Assembly: GCA_964515685.1 (NCBI GenBank)
Contig: CAZEWA010000002.1
Coordinates: 7,932-71,931 of the forward strand
Source of the DNA: an uncultured Polyangiales bacterium
Lineage (GTDB): Bacteria; Myxococcota_A; Polyangia; Polyangiales; DASUME01
Length of the DNA stretch: 64,000 bases
Direction: 5' to 3'
Positions 17,064 to 26,112 of this stretch are shown one piece after another (position 1 is the first letter of the stretch; each line of letters begins with the position of its first letter). Below the pieces are notes generated by a model that had not been told where the DNA came from, ran no database searches, and saw only the letters and a list, made by a program, of their open reading frames with translations. The translations under genes were made by a program, and so were the position numbers.

Positions 17064-18506
17064 ATGTCCGCGAGAGTACTCATCATCGACAGTGATGTCG
17101 GGGCTGCCACTATGCTTGCGCATGAAGCAAGCACAGGAGGGCACGAAGTAGTCACGGTGGGCGACGCCGCCCAAGCGCGCACGCGGGTGAGTTCATTCTC
17201 GCCTGATGTTGTCGTGCTCAGCGAGCGTTTGCCTGACGGGACGGGTTTAGCGCTGATGGAGGAGCTTAGACCGCAGTTAAGTCAGAGTGTCTTCGTCATG
17301 ATTTCGGAGCGCTCAGGTGCCCACGAGGAATCTCTCCAACATGGCGCTTTCGACTCGGTAGACAGAGACAGCGAGCCTCGTGCGCTGTTTATGCGCGTCG
17401 AGCGGGCCATAGAGCACGCGCTGTTACGGCGACTCGTCGCCGAGGCCCAAGCAGAGTGGGCGCCGAAGATTGAGTTCGCGCTGCTTGGCGATAGTCCAGA
17501 GATGGAGCGCGTGCGCGGCCGCCTCGAACACTTCGCGTCGGTCGAGGACTCCGCGGTTCTTATCACCGGCGAAAGCGGAGTGGGGAAGGGGCTCATCGCA
17601 CGCGCCGTGCACTTCCGCTCGAAGCGCGTGGGTGAACCGTTCGTTGGCGTGGACTGCGTGAGTATCTCGCCATCGCAACTCGACGTAGAGCTGTTTGGAC
17701 AGGAGCCAAGCGGAGGAACATCGGGCGGCGTCGTGCGGCCGGGTCGCGTGGAAGCAGTGCAGGGGGGCACGCTTTTCCTCGACGAAATCACCGAACTCGA
17801 TGGGTCTCTACAGCAGAAGATTCTGCGTATGCTCGAAGAGGGGGAGTACGTTCGCGTTGGTGGCCACATACCTCGCAAGTTCACGGGTCGCGTGGTGGCA
17901 GCCACTTCACGCGACTTGCGAAAAGCCGTCGAGGACGGTCGTTTTCACGCGGATCTGAAGCAGCGGCTCGAGAACGTGACGCTCGATGTTCCGTCGCTAA
18001 AGGATCGCGGCGAAGACGTGTTCCTGCTCGCCGACCGCTATGCGACGCAGCGCGCGAGAGCTCACGGACGCAATCGTCCTGTGCTTTCGTCGGAAGTTCG
18101 TGAAGGGCTTTTGACCTATCCGTTCCCGGGCAATCTTCGCGAGCTGTGCGCGATGATCGACGAAGCATTGTGGCTGCATCGCGACGACGACATGTTGAAC
18201 CTCGACGACTTCCCTGTGCTCTTGCGCTATCGCATGGAGACGCAGGGCAGCTCGGGCTTCGGCTCGGCGCCGCCGCGCAGCGGCTTCGTTGTCAACGCTC
18301 CGCAGTACGCAACCCAGATGCGCATGACGGCCAACGCGCCGCCGCCTTCGCTCGGGGTCATTCGCGAACGCCACGCAGACCAAGAACGCATCAAGCTGGT
18401 CGAAGCGCTCGAGCAGTCCGGTGGCAACGTATCCCGTGCGGCTCGCACCGTGGGCATGTCGCGCTACCAGATGTTGCGTAGGCTCGCCAAGTACGGCTTG
18501 CGCTGA
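17064..18506 (+). CDS. NtrC-family AAA+ enhancer-binding-protein-like regulator with a degenerate receiver and a non-canonical GAFTGA loop
   Basis: Receiver-like N-terminus; Walker A GESGVGKG; Walker B GGTLFLDEI; C-terminal Fis-type HTH GGNVSRAARTVGMSRYQMLRRLAKYG. Ser53 (17220-17222) sits at the NtrC D54 position. The loop reads EPSGGTSGG (17703-17729) where GAFTGA is expected. Confidence 0.85.
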   Translation: MSARVLIIDSDVGAATMLAHEASTGGHEVVTVGDAAQARTRVSSFSPDVVVLSERLPDGTGLALMEELRPQLSQSVFVMISERSGAHEESLQHGAFDSVDRDSEPRALFMRVERAIEHALLRRLVAEAQAEWAPKIEFALLGDSPEMERVRGRLEHFASVEDSAVLITGESGVGKGLIARAVHFRSKRVGEPFVGVDCVSISPSQLDVELFGQEPSGGTSGGVVRPGRVEAVQGGTLFLDEITELDGSLQQKILRMLEEGEYVRVGGHIPRKFTGRVVAATSRDLRKAVEDGRFHADLKQRLENVTLDVPSLKDRGEDVFLLADRYATQRARAHGRNRPVLSSEVREGLLTYPFPGNLRELCAMIDEALWLHRDDDMLNLDDFPVLLRYRMETQGSSGFGSAPPRSGFVVNAPQYATQMRMTANAPPPSLGVIRERHADQERIKLVEALEQSGGNVSRAARTVGMSRYQMLRRLAKYGLR

Positions 18507-18524
18507 GGGGCCTTGGGGGACTCC

Positions 18525-20429
18525 CTAGCCGCCAGTCGCGCCGCGGCTTGCCGTGATCGGAATCGCGAAAGACACGGACTGCCCTTGGCCAGGGAAGCGC
18601 GTCTGCTTGCCCACGTCTCGCAAGCACTTGCCGAGCGCGGTTTCTGCGAGGGCGGCCGGGCTTGCAGCGACCTTTACGATCTTGCCTGTCGGATCGATGT
18701 CGAATTCCAGCTGGATTTGGGGCGTTCCCTGAATCTGCGAAGTGAACTGTTTGAAACAGGCCTCGATTTTGCCCTGTTGCCTGCGGAACGCCTTGGTGAG
18801 TCCAGCCGGATCCGGCTCTGTCGCCTTTCGGACTTTCGTCTGTCGGGTGGTGGGCTCAGGTGCTTGGTCTACCGGGTCTTCGGGAGCCACCACGACGGGC
18901 TCGGGTGGCGCGGTCTGTTCTGCGACGACGCGAATCGGCGGTACCACGGGGGCGGGTTCGGGCGTACGGCCCTGAAACGACACGATGATGGCTACCGTCG
19001 CCAATGCGCCGACCACGCCAAGCGCCAAGAAGAGCCACTTGTTCTGCGGCGGATGCCCCATTTCCGGCGCCGCATGCATGCCTGTGGTCATCATGCGGCC
19101 GGTCTGGTGGAACGAAGGCGGAGGCGGCGGAAGCGACCCGCGCTGGTACGCTTGGCCGTTAGGAAGGGGCGGAATTGCGTGCGCGCCCGTCATGCGGGCT
19201 CCAGGTGCAATGGCGTGCGCTCCCGTGCGCCGCCGCGCAGTCTCGGTGATGCCGGAGGCCGAGCCCGGCTCCGGCGCGAAAGCAGGCCCCTTGAGCGTAT
19301 AGGAGCGCGGCCGTCCGCCCGGCTGGCTCTGGGGCGCCACGGAGTCCTGACCCAGGGCGTCGTCGAGATCGACAGCTATTGTGCGTTCGACCTGAGGCGG
19401 AGGCACGCTGAGACGGCGCCAGGCTTCATCCCGTGCGGTCAGCGATTCGAGGCCGAGCAGTCGGGCCATGTCCTCGCCGAAGTCCGTTTTGAGCATGATC
19501 GCAAAGCGCGCGCGCAGCTCGCTTTCGTACTCGCGCTGCAGTGAGCGCAACGCCAGCGCGAACTCATGGGCACTCCCGAAGCGTTCTTCGGGATTTTTCG
19601 CCATGGATTTGCGCAGGATGTTGTCGAGGCCGGCCGGAATGTTTGGGCTCAAGCTCTCCACGGGTTCCGGCGTGTGATTGAGAACCAGGTTCAGCGTGGC
19701 TGCCTGGTTCTTGCCGCTGAACACGTTGCGCCCGAGCAGCATCTCGTGAAGCACGACGCCGCAGGAATAGAGATCGCTTTGGGGCGTAGCTTCGACGCCC
19801 GCGAACATCTCGGGCGCGCTGTAGGTAATCTTGCCTACGAAGCTGCGCACTTGGGTTTGGTAGTCCACACCGCCGCCGCGCATGCGCGCGACACCGAAGT
19901 CGAGCAGACGTGCACGGCCATCGTCATCGAGCAGGATGTTCGACGGCGACACGTCGCGGTGCACGATGTGCATCGGCGTTCCGTCCGGATGAACCATGCT
20001 GTGCGCTTTGTGCAGCGCTTCGAGGACGTCGGTCATGAGCAGTAGCAAGATCTCGGTCGGCAGTTCCCGACCCTTCTTGCGCAGGTACTTGCTCCACTGC
20101 CCGAGGTGATACCCACGGACATATTCGAGCACCATCACGTAGGCGCCGGCTTCTTCGCCGAACTCGATTACGTCCACGATGCTCGGGTGTCGCAAGCCCG
20201 ATAGGATCTGCGCTTCGCGCACGAACATGCCGAGGTAACGCTCATCGCTCGCGTGCTCAGGCAACACGAGCTTGACCACCACGGGCTTCACGAAGCCCAC
20301 AGCGCCTTCTGCGCGCGCGAGATATACAACGCCCATGCCGCCCTTGGCGAGCTCGCGGACGATGCGATAACGACCTAGGAGGACACTGCCAACGAGATTG
20401 TCGGACGAGTTCAAGGGCTCACTTTTCAT
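18525..20429 (-). CDS. Membrane Ser/Thr protein kinase with a periplasmic TonB-C-like (AgmX/PglI-type) C-terminal domain
   Basis: Intact kinase motifs (VVVKLV, HIVHRDVSPSNILL, LLDFGVARM, YSAPE). TM helix WLFLALGVVGALATVAIIVSF. C-terminal KIEACF...GKIVKV...LGKCLRDV...RFPG domain. The start overlaps the upstream stop (ATGA, 20426-20429). Confidence 0.9.
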   Translation of the reverse strand: MKSEPLNSSDNLVGSVLLGRYRIVRELAKGGMGVVYLARAEGAVGFVKPVVVKLVLPEHASDERYLGMFVREAQILSGLRHPSIVDVIEFGEEAGAYVMVLEYVRGYHLGQWSKYLRKKGRELPTEILLLLMTDVLEALHKAHSMVHPDGTPMHIVHRDVSPSNILLDDDGRARLLDFGVARMRGGGVDYQTQVRSFVGKITYSAPEMFAGVEATPQSDLYSCGVVLHEMLLGRNVFSGKNQAATLNLVLNHTPEPVESLSPNIPAGLDNILRKSMAKNPEERFGSAHEFALALRSLQREYESELRARFAIMLKTDFGEDMARLLGLESLTARDEAWRRLSVPPPQVERTIAVDLDDALGQDSVAPQSQPGGRPRSYTLKGPAFAPEPGSASGITETARRRTGAHAIAPGARMTGAHAIPPLPNGQAYQRGSLPPPPPSFHQTGRMMTTGMHAAPEMGHPPQNKWLFLALGVVGALATVAIIVSFQGRTPEPAPVVPPIRVVAEQTAPPEPVVVAPEDPVDQAPEPTTRQTKVRKATEPDPAGLTKAFRRQQGKIEACFKQFTSQIQGTPQIQLEFDIDPTGKIVKVAASPAALAETALGKCLRDVGKQTRFPGQGQSVSFAIPITASRGATGG

Positions 20430-22366
20430 GGTGATCCTGCCGCTCGCCGCAGGTAGTAGTGAACGCCGAGTCGCGGGTGCGCGAGGCGCACTGCGATGTC
20501 GGGCCGATCCGCCTTCGTCGAGACCTCGCCCACAAAACGCTCGTCCGCGTTCATGGTCACGCTCCCGCCTTCGACGCTTACCTTCCAGGTCTCTAGTGCC
20601 ACTCCCTCGATTGTAACCGTATCTCCTGGTTTGAATGCGCGATCTATTGGACTAACTAGGCTCGCTTTAGGTGCGGCGTTGTCGAAACGCACTTCTACCA
20701 CCGTGGTGCGAGAACGTCGGTCCTGCGCTTGAAAGCTCAGTTGATGGCTACCATCGCGGAGATTACCCGAACGAAACAAATGTTCTGGTTTGGTGAGCCG
20801 CATGGGTTGTCCGTCTACGAACAGGTCGTACGAGGCGCTTTGGGGCGCATTGGGCCAACCTACACTGATTTCAGGTAGTTGGTTTTGATAGTAAATCGTG
20901 TACGTGCGCCCGTCGGTTTCGACAAACGAAGTCGGGGCCTTAGAAGGCAGGCGGCGCGTGCCGGCATCGAGCATGACTTGCACCGTGCCGCGTGCGGCGA
21001 TCTTCTTGCCCGGCGCGCCTTTGTCATCGACGCAACGAATCACATAGGGCGTCGAGGTGGCCGGAATCACCACGCTGACCTGGTCTTTTCCGCGGACGCG
21101 CTGCTTGATTCCTGTGAGTTCGATTACACCGTCGCCAGGGCAACGCCCTGAAAAGTCGAAGCGCACGGAAGCTGGAACCTCTGGCGTGTGGAGCACGAAG
21201 GACTCGCCCGCTTTGACCGCCACGTTGTAGTAGCCGGCGCTATCTTCGATGGGACGATCGCTTGAGTCGCTGTTGGGGTTCGACCAGGACTTTTGCTGTC
21301 CTGCCTCGAGCTCCGTTACGACGCCGAGGATCTGAAGTGTGCCTGCGCCTTCCTTGATGATGACGTTGCCCGTGTCGTTCGTGACGCGAATCGCGGCGTC
21401 GCTGCCACTCGCCCGAGCATGTACTTGAATGGACCCGCCAGGAACGAGCACCTGAACGTCACTCGTCGTCGCTTGGACCGACAGGTCGCCAGCACGGGCG
21501 TCGATGAACGCGTTGTTCGTGTCGATTGCAAACTCGCCCGCGCCGCGCAGAGCGGCCTGTTGGTCACCGCGGCTGAGGTCGACGGCATCTTTGCGCTGAA
21601 GCCGCAGTTCCGTGCCAGGCGTCAGGTTGTGCTCCCCGGGCGTGAGTTTGGCCCAGTCAGAGCTTCCGGCGGCGCGCGCTCGTACACCCTTACCGCTGAC
21701 CCTGGCGAGGATCACTGCACCACCGATGGTGGCCGTGGTCTTTTCAGGTTCCTTCTCCGTATCGGCGGCGGCAAAGACAGCCATCCCGATGCCCACTTCA
21801 ACATTCTCGCCGGCTTTCAAGACGTGGTATTCGCCCGAGCTCGAACGAAAGTGCGCCTCACCGAGCGCGACGTCGTAGTCGATGTTTTCGCCCGATTTAC
21901 TCAAGGTGAGTTGACTGCCCGCGGTGAGCGTCGCGACGCCGATCTGCGTGCGCAGCAAAAGGTCCTTTTGCCCGACGCGCAGCGACACCTGACCGGCTTC
22001 GATGTTGAGCGTCTGCTCCCCTTCCTCGGCGCCGTCGACCAAGAAACGCAGCGTGGTGTTTTGCGCGAGCTCGAGCTGAGTCTGGTCTATCAAAGTGAGG
22101 CGCGCGGAAGTGTTGGCAAGGGTACGTACGCCGTCGCCGATAACGAAACGCGCGCCGCTCTCAGCGGTCTGCCACGTATAACGCGCCGCGTTGAAATCAC
22201 GCTCGATGCCTGGACCGCGAACCTCGATCAGAGTCGCGATGGCTTGGCCGTCGTCACCGCAGCTTCCGCATCCACTGAGTGCGGCAAGACACCACGCCAG
22301 AATACAAATCAGGGCGGCGTGCGCACGGCGAGGTCTACGATCGGTTTTTACAAGCAAATCGCTCAT
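20426..22366 (-). CDS. FecR-like domain lipoprotein (large beta-rich periplasmic protein)
   Basis: Signal + lipobox LAWCLAALSGCGSC. N-terminal GARFVIGDGVRTLANTSARLTLIDQTQLELAQNTTLRFL fits the FecR-domain pattern (tentative). ATGA overlaps at both ends (22363-22366, 20426-20429). Confidence 0.7.
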   Translation of the reverse strand: MSDLLVKTDRRPRRAHAALICILAWCLAALSGCGSCGDDGQAIATLIEVRGPGIERDFNAARYTWQTAESGARFVIGDGVRTLANTSARLTLIDQTQLELAQNTTLRFLVDGAEEGEQTLNIEAGQVSLRVGQKDLLLRTQIGVATLTAGSQLTLSKSGENIDYDVALGEAHFRSSSGEYHVLKAGENVEVGIGMAVFAAADTEKEPEKTTATIGGAVILARVSGKGVRARAAGSSDWAKLTPGEHNLTPGTELRLQRKDAVDLSRGDQQAALRGAGEFAIDTNNAFIDARAGDLSVQATTSDVQVLVPGGSIQVHARASGSDAAIRVTNDTGNVIIKEGAGTLQILGVVTELEAGQQKSWSNPNSDSSDRPIEDSAGYYNVAVKAGESFVLHTPEVPASVRFDFSGRCPGDGVIELTGIKQRVRGKDQVSVVIPATSTPYVIRCVDDKGAPGKKIAARGTVQVMLDAGTRRLPSKAPTSFVETDGRTYTIYYQNQLPEISVGWPNAPQSASYDLFVDGQPMRLTKPEHLFRSGNLRDGSHQLSFQAQDRRSRTTVVEVRFDNAAPKASLVSPIDRAFKPGDTVTIEGVALETWKVSVEGGSVTMNADERFVGEVSTKADRPDIAVRLAHPRLGVHYYLRRAAGSP

Positions 22367-23898
22367 CGCTTCTCGCGCATATCCACGTTCAAAATGGCCA
22401 CCCCGTTGCTCGATACGTTCACGTTGCGCCGATGTGAGCGATAGCCCGATGCGGTGATGATAACTTGATAAGAGCCTTCGGGGACCTTGATCTCGAAGCG
22501 GCCTTGAGCATCCGATTCACCTTTCACGACTTCTTTACCCTTGGAGTCGCGGACGACGATTTGGGCCTTGAGAGGCTCACTTCCGAAGGTACGAGTTAAG
22601 CAACGCAGCAAGCCCGTAACCTCAGCCGGGCTGAGATTGCGTGCCGAAAGTGCCGGCATATCAGAAACGACCGTGATTTCCCATTCTTGTGAAACGAATC
22701 CGGTAGCGGAGACAGACATCGAGGCAAGACCGAGTGGGACCTCCGTAAACGTGTAGCGACCTTCCGTGTCGGTGAAGGTCTCGCGTTTGGCCTCACCGAC
22801 GCCCAAAATCACGTGGGCTTCCGGCAGCGCGACCCCGCCAGCATCCAGGATGGAGCCGGCCACGTTGGCGATCTGAGGCACGGGAGCTATCTGAATTGGG
22901 GGAGCTTCGACCGGCTCTTCCGTCGGAGTTGGCTCGACCGGTTGTGAGGCGCGGACTCGGGACGGCAGACCAAAACGCAGACCCGTAGTCGCGTAGACCC
23001 GCGGCTCGACAGGGACGAGTACAGCCTGTTCGCTAAGACTTGGCCGCTGGCTCAGGCTTGCGGTGACCGTGACCTCGAGTTGCAGCATCTTCCCGAGAAA
23101 ATACCTGCCGCCCACGCTCGCTCGCAGCGGGGACTTGAGCAGCGAAGGCGCCTTGGCCCCGATCAACACGTCGGCGGATAGCTCAACAAAAACCTCGGCT
23201 CGATCTTCGAAGGTGTAGGCGAGACCGAGTACGCCGAGTACCGCGTGGAACTCGCTCAAGCTGAGCGAGAGGCGGTCACCGGGGCGCAGCCGCCTCAGGT
23301 CGGGCGCCGAATTGTGGCTGTTGTCGAGGCGAAATCCAACGGTGCCTAGCAGCGAGAGCGGGCCCTGATTTGGGCGATAGGCCCCCAGGGCTTTCATGTC
23401 GATGCTCGCGGCCTTGAGGCGCAGCGAAGGCGCATTGGCACCCGGTATCCACAGACCTACACCGCCGCCGACCGAGAAGTCCTTAGCGACTTGTCGACCG
23501 AGCCGAACCGCGAGGCGCGGATCGCCTACCATGGTTCCATCGGGCCCTTCGGGGTCCGGCGGGTGAATGTCGAGGCGGCCGTCGAGTCGCGCCGAGACGG
23601 CGAGCCATTCAAGCGGCACGAAGCCAACGCCGAGCGAGCCGCCCAATCGGACATGGCTGCCTTTAATGGGGCCGACGGATTCCGTGTGCCCGTACCCTGC
23701 GGTGCCGCTCGCGGTGACCAAGTAGGCGGGACACGTTGGGTACTCGGCGAGGTTTAGACCGCAGAGCCCGTTGGCGGCGATGCCCGTCGGTGGCCTGTTG
23801 TGGCTGGGTTCCGCGTGTGCAGGTGACGCAAGCCAGCTTGCTCCTGCAACGCACAACATTGCCATCAAGAACACACTGAATGTGCACCGTGTTACCAT
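22363..23898 (-). CDS. Outer-membrane beta-barrel-like protein with two C-terminal CarboxypepD_reg (Ig-like) domains
   Basis: ORF 22363..24078; start chosen at MVTRCTFSVFLMAMLCVAGASWLASPAHA (23898). About 300 aa of alternating Gly/aromatic barrel-like sequence, a Pro-rich linker, then GSILDAGGVALPEAHVILG...TDTEGRYTFTEVPLG and VVRDSKGKEVV...DAQGRFEIKVPEGSYQVIITASGY. Confidence 0.7.
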   Translation of the reverse strand: MVTRCTFSVFLMAMLCVAGASWLASPAHAEPSHNRPPTGIAANGLCGLNLAEYPTCPAYLVTASGTAGYGHTESVGPIKGSHVRLGGSLGVGFVPLEWLAVSARLDGRLDIHPPDPEGPDGTMVGDPRLAVRLGRQVAKDFSVGGGVGLWIPGANAPSLRLKAASIDMKALGAYRPNQGPLSLLGTVGFRLDNSHNSAPDLRRLRPGDRLSLSLSEFHAVLGVLGLAYTFEDRAEVFVELSADVLIGAKAPSLLKSPLRASVGGRYFLGKMLQLEVTVTASLSQRPSLSEQAVLVPVEPRVYATTGLRFGLPSRVRASQPVEPTPTEEPVEAPPIQIAPVPQIANVAGSILDAGGVALPEAHVILGVGEAKRETFTDTEGRYTFTEVPLGLASMSVSATGFVSQEWEITVVSDMPALSARNLSPAEVTGLLRCLTRTFGSEPLKAQIVVRDSKGKEVVKGESDAQGRFEIKVPEGSYQVIITASGYRSHRRNVNVSSNGVAILNVDMREKR

Positions 23899-24117
23899 TC
23901 TAAGCTGAGGGGCTCCGCACCAGGACCCCGACGCGCCTAGGGCCAGGGTGAATTGACTATAGTTGACGCTGCTTTGGCGTGACCTGTCAATCCCGTCAGG
24001 GTGGCCTCGCTTCCAAAACCGAGACTTGCTGCCGAGGACTGACACTTCGCCAAGAGGTTGGGACATCGCTCCCAACATCGAATATGTTACTCGTGAAATT
24101 TTCCCGGCATGATGAAA

Positions 24118-26088
24118 TTAGTTGGCCGGTTCGTCATCCACGTCGAAAGCGTTTCGTACGGCGCTGTCTTCGGCGCTTTCCGCGTCGCCCTCACCGATCT
24201 CAATCACCCGTTCTGCTTGGGTCACAGCCTCCGGACGCGTCGCCTCGCTCGCAAGCAGTGGCCCACGCAGGGTACGTAGGATGGCTCTGGCTTGAGGAAT
24301 GGTGGCACCCGCAGAGCAGAGGGCGGCTTCGTCGGCTTCTTCGATCGCGCGCACAGACCCAAAGGCCTTGAGCAGACGCGCGCGCGTCTTGGGGCCTATC
24401 CCCTTCACGTCATCTAGGCGACTTCGGAAAGTGCGGCGCTTTCCGAGCTTGGTGCGCAGGGCGTTACTCGCCCGATGCGCTTCGTCGCGGGCCAAGGCGA
24501 GAATCCCAAGGGCAGCGTGGTTCTCGCGCAGCTCGATAGGGTTCTTTTGGCCAGGCAGGTAGATGCGGTCTACGAGCGTCTCGCCGAGTATGTTTGGCTT
24601 CTCCTTCGCGAGGGCTGCGATGGAAAGTCCACTTACACCCAGATCGTGCAGGGCTTGCTGCGCGACATTGAGCTGTCCACGTCCGCCGTCGACCACCAAT
24701 AGATCAGGCAGTTCCCAGCCGGCCTCTTGGGCGCGCCCGCGACGAAAACGTCTCGCCAGTACCTCGTACATGGCGCTGTAGTCGTCCCCGCCGGACACGC
24801 GCTTCACGTGGAAGCTGCGGTAGCGCTTGCGGTCGGGCTGTGCGTTTTCAAGGGCGACAATCGAGGCCACGGTGTCGGTGCCTGCCGTGTGGGAGACGTC
24901 GACGCACTCAATGCGCACGGGTAAGCGCGGTAGGCGGAGTCGGTCCTTGAGGGCTGAAAGCCGCGACTGAACGTCCTCGCGCGCCCGTAGTTTTTCGCGG
25001 AAAGCGTGGCTCGCATTGTCGCGTGCCATTTGGACGAGCTCTGCGCGCGGGCCTTTCTTGGGGGCCAAGAGCTTGACGCTCTTGCCTCGCAGTTCGCCTA
25101 AAACCTCAGCGAGGCCATCCATCGCTTCGACTTCGAGTGGAAGCCAAACCTCGGCGGGTACGAAACTGCCGGGGGCGTAGTACTCGGCGACAAATTGCGC
25201 GCAGACTTCATCGTTTGGGGCACTTACATCTTTGAGTCCAAAAGTGCGCACGGACGTGAGCTTGCCTGCGCGGACTTGAAGCACGGCGACTTCGGCTTGG
25301 TCCGCTTGCCGATAAAGGCCGATGACATCTTCGTCTGTGGACTGCACCAGCGCCACACGGTTTTGTTCTCGCACGCGCTCGATGGCCCGTAGCTGGTCGC
25401 GGAGCTCTGCGGCGCGCTCGTAGTCGAGTGTATTCGAAGCATCGCGCATGCGCTGGGACAAAAGGCTGATGAGCTCGTCGTGGCGACCGTCGAGAAACAT
25501 GGCCACGTCATCGACTTGTTCGCCGTAGCGCGCTCTGTCGACTTCGTACACGCAGGGGCCCGGACAACGCTTGATCTGGTATTGCAGGCACGGGCGAACG
25601 CGCGAGGCGAAGTCGTGGTCCGTACAGGTGCGCAGCTGAAAGTGCCGGTTGACCACGCGCAGCGTTTGACGTGCGGAGGTGGCTGAATGATACGGGCCAA
25701 AGTACAGCGCACCATCGGGCTCCGGACGGCGCACGACCTCGAGTCTGGGCCAGTGTCCCTTAGGGTCGAGGCGCAGCGACAGATACTCTTTATCGTCGCG
25801 GAGCTTGATGTTGTAGCGAGGCTTGTGCTGCTTGATGAGCGTGTTCTCGAGAAGTGCCGCTTCCTTCTCGGTGCCCACCACCACGGTTTCGATATCGAAC
25901 AGCTCGCGACCCAGGCGCGAAATGAAGAAACGCGTGTCGCTTGTGCCAGCCTGAAAGTAGCTGCGAACGCGGCTCTTGAGGCTGCGCGCCTTGCCCACAT
26001 ACAGCACGTCGCCCGTTTTCCCGCGGAATAGGTAAACGCCGGGCAGCGCAGGCAGGTTTTCGAGCTTAGCTTCGAGCTCGGGGGTCAT
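24118..26088 (-). CDS. uvrC: Excinuclease ABC subunit C
   Basis: GIY-YIG N-terminus LPALPGVYLFRGKTGDVLYVGKARSLKSRVRSYF, UVR domain, RNase H-like endonuclease region and C-terminal (HhH)2. Confidence 0.95.
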   Translation of the reverse strand: MTPELEAKLENLPALPGVYLFRGKTGDVLYVGKARSLKSRVRSYFQAGTSDTRFFISRLGRELFDIETVVVGTEKEAALLENTLIKQHKPRYNIKLRDDKEYLSLRLDPKGHWPRLEVVRRPEPDGALYFGPYHSATSARQTLRVVNRHFQLRTCTDHDFASRVRPCLQYQIKRCPGPCVYEVDRARYGEQVDDVAMFLDGRHDELISLLSQRMRDASNTLDYERAAELRDQLRAIERVREQNRVALVQSTDEDVIGLYRQADQAEVAVLQVRAGKLTSVRTFGLKDVSAPNDEVCAQFVAEYYAPGSFVPAEVWLPLEVEAMDGLAEVLGELRGKSVKLLAPKKGPRAELVQMARDNASHAFREKLRAREDVQSRLSALKDRLRLPRLPVRIECVDVSHTAGTDTVASIVALENAQPDRKRYRSFHVKRVSGGDDYSAMYEVLARRFRRGRAQEAGWELPDLLVVDGGRGQLNVAQQALHDLGVSGLSIAALAKEKPNILGETLVDRIYLPGQKNPIELRENHAALGILALARDEAHRASNALRTKLGKRRTFRSRLDDVKGIGPKTRARLLKAFGSVRAIEEADEAALCSAGATIPQARAILRTLRGPLLASEATRPEAVTQAERVIEIGEGDAESAEDSAVRNAFDVDDEPAN

Positions 26089-26112
26089 GAGTCATGGCCA
26101 CTCTAACGTGGA

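Noticed and set aside
23899-24117. Sigma-70-like TTGACA and TATAGT hexamers (minus strand) upstream of the OM-barrel/FecR/kinase operon.
   Set aside because: The two hexamers are 23 nt apart, too far for a canonical -35/-10 pair. No promoter call is made.
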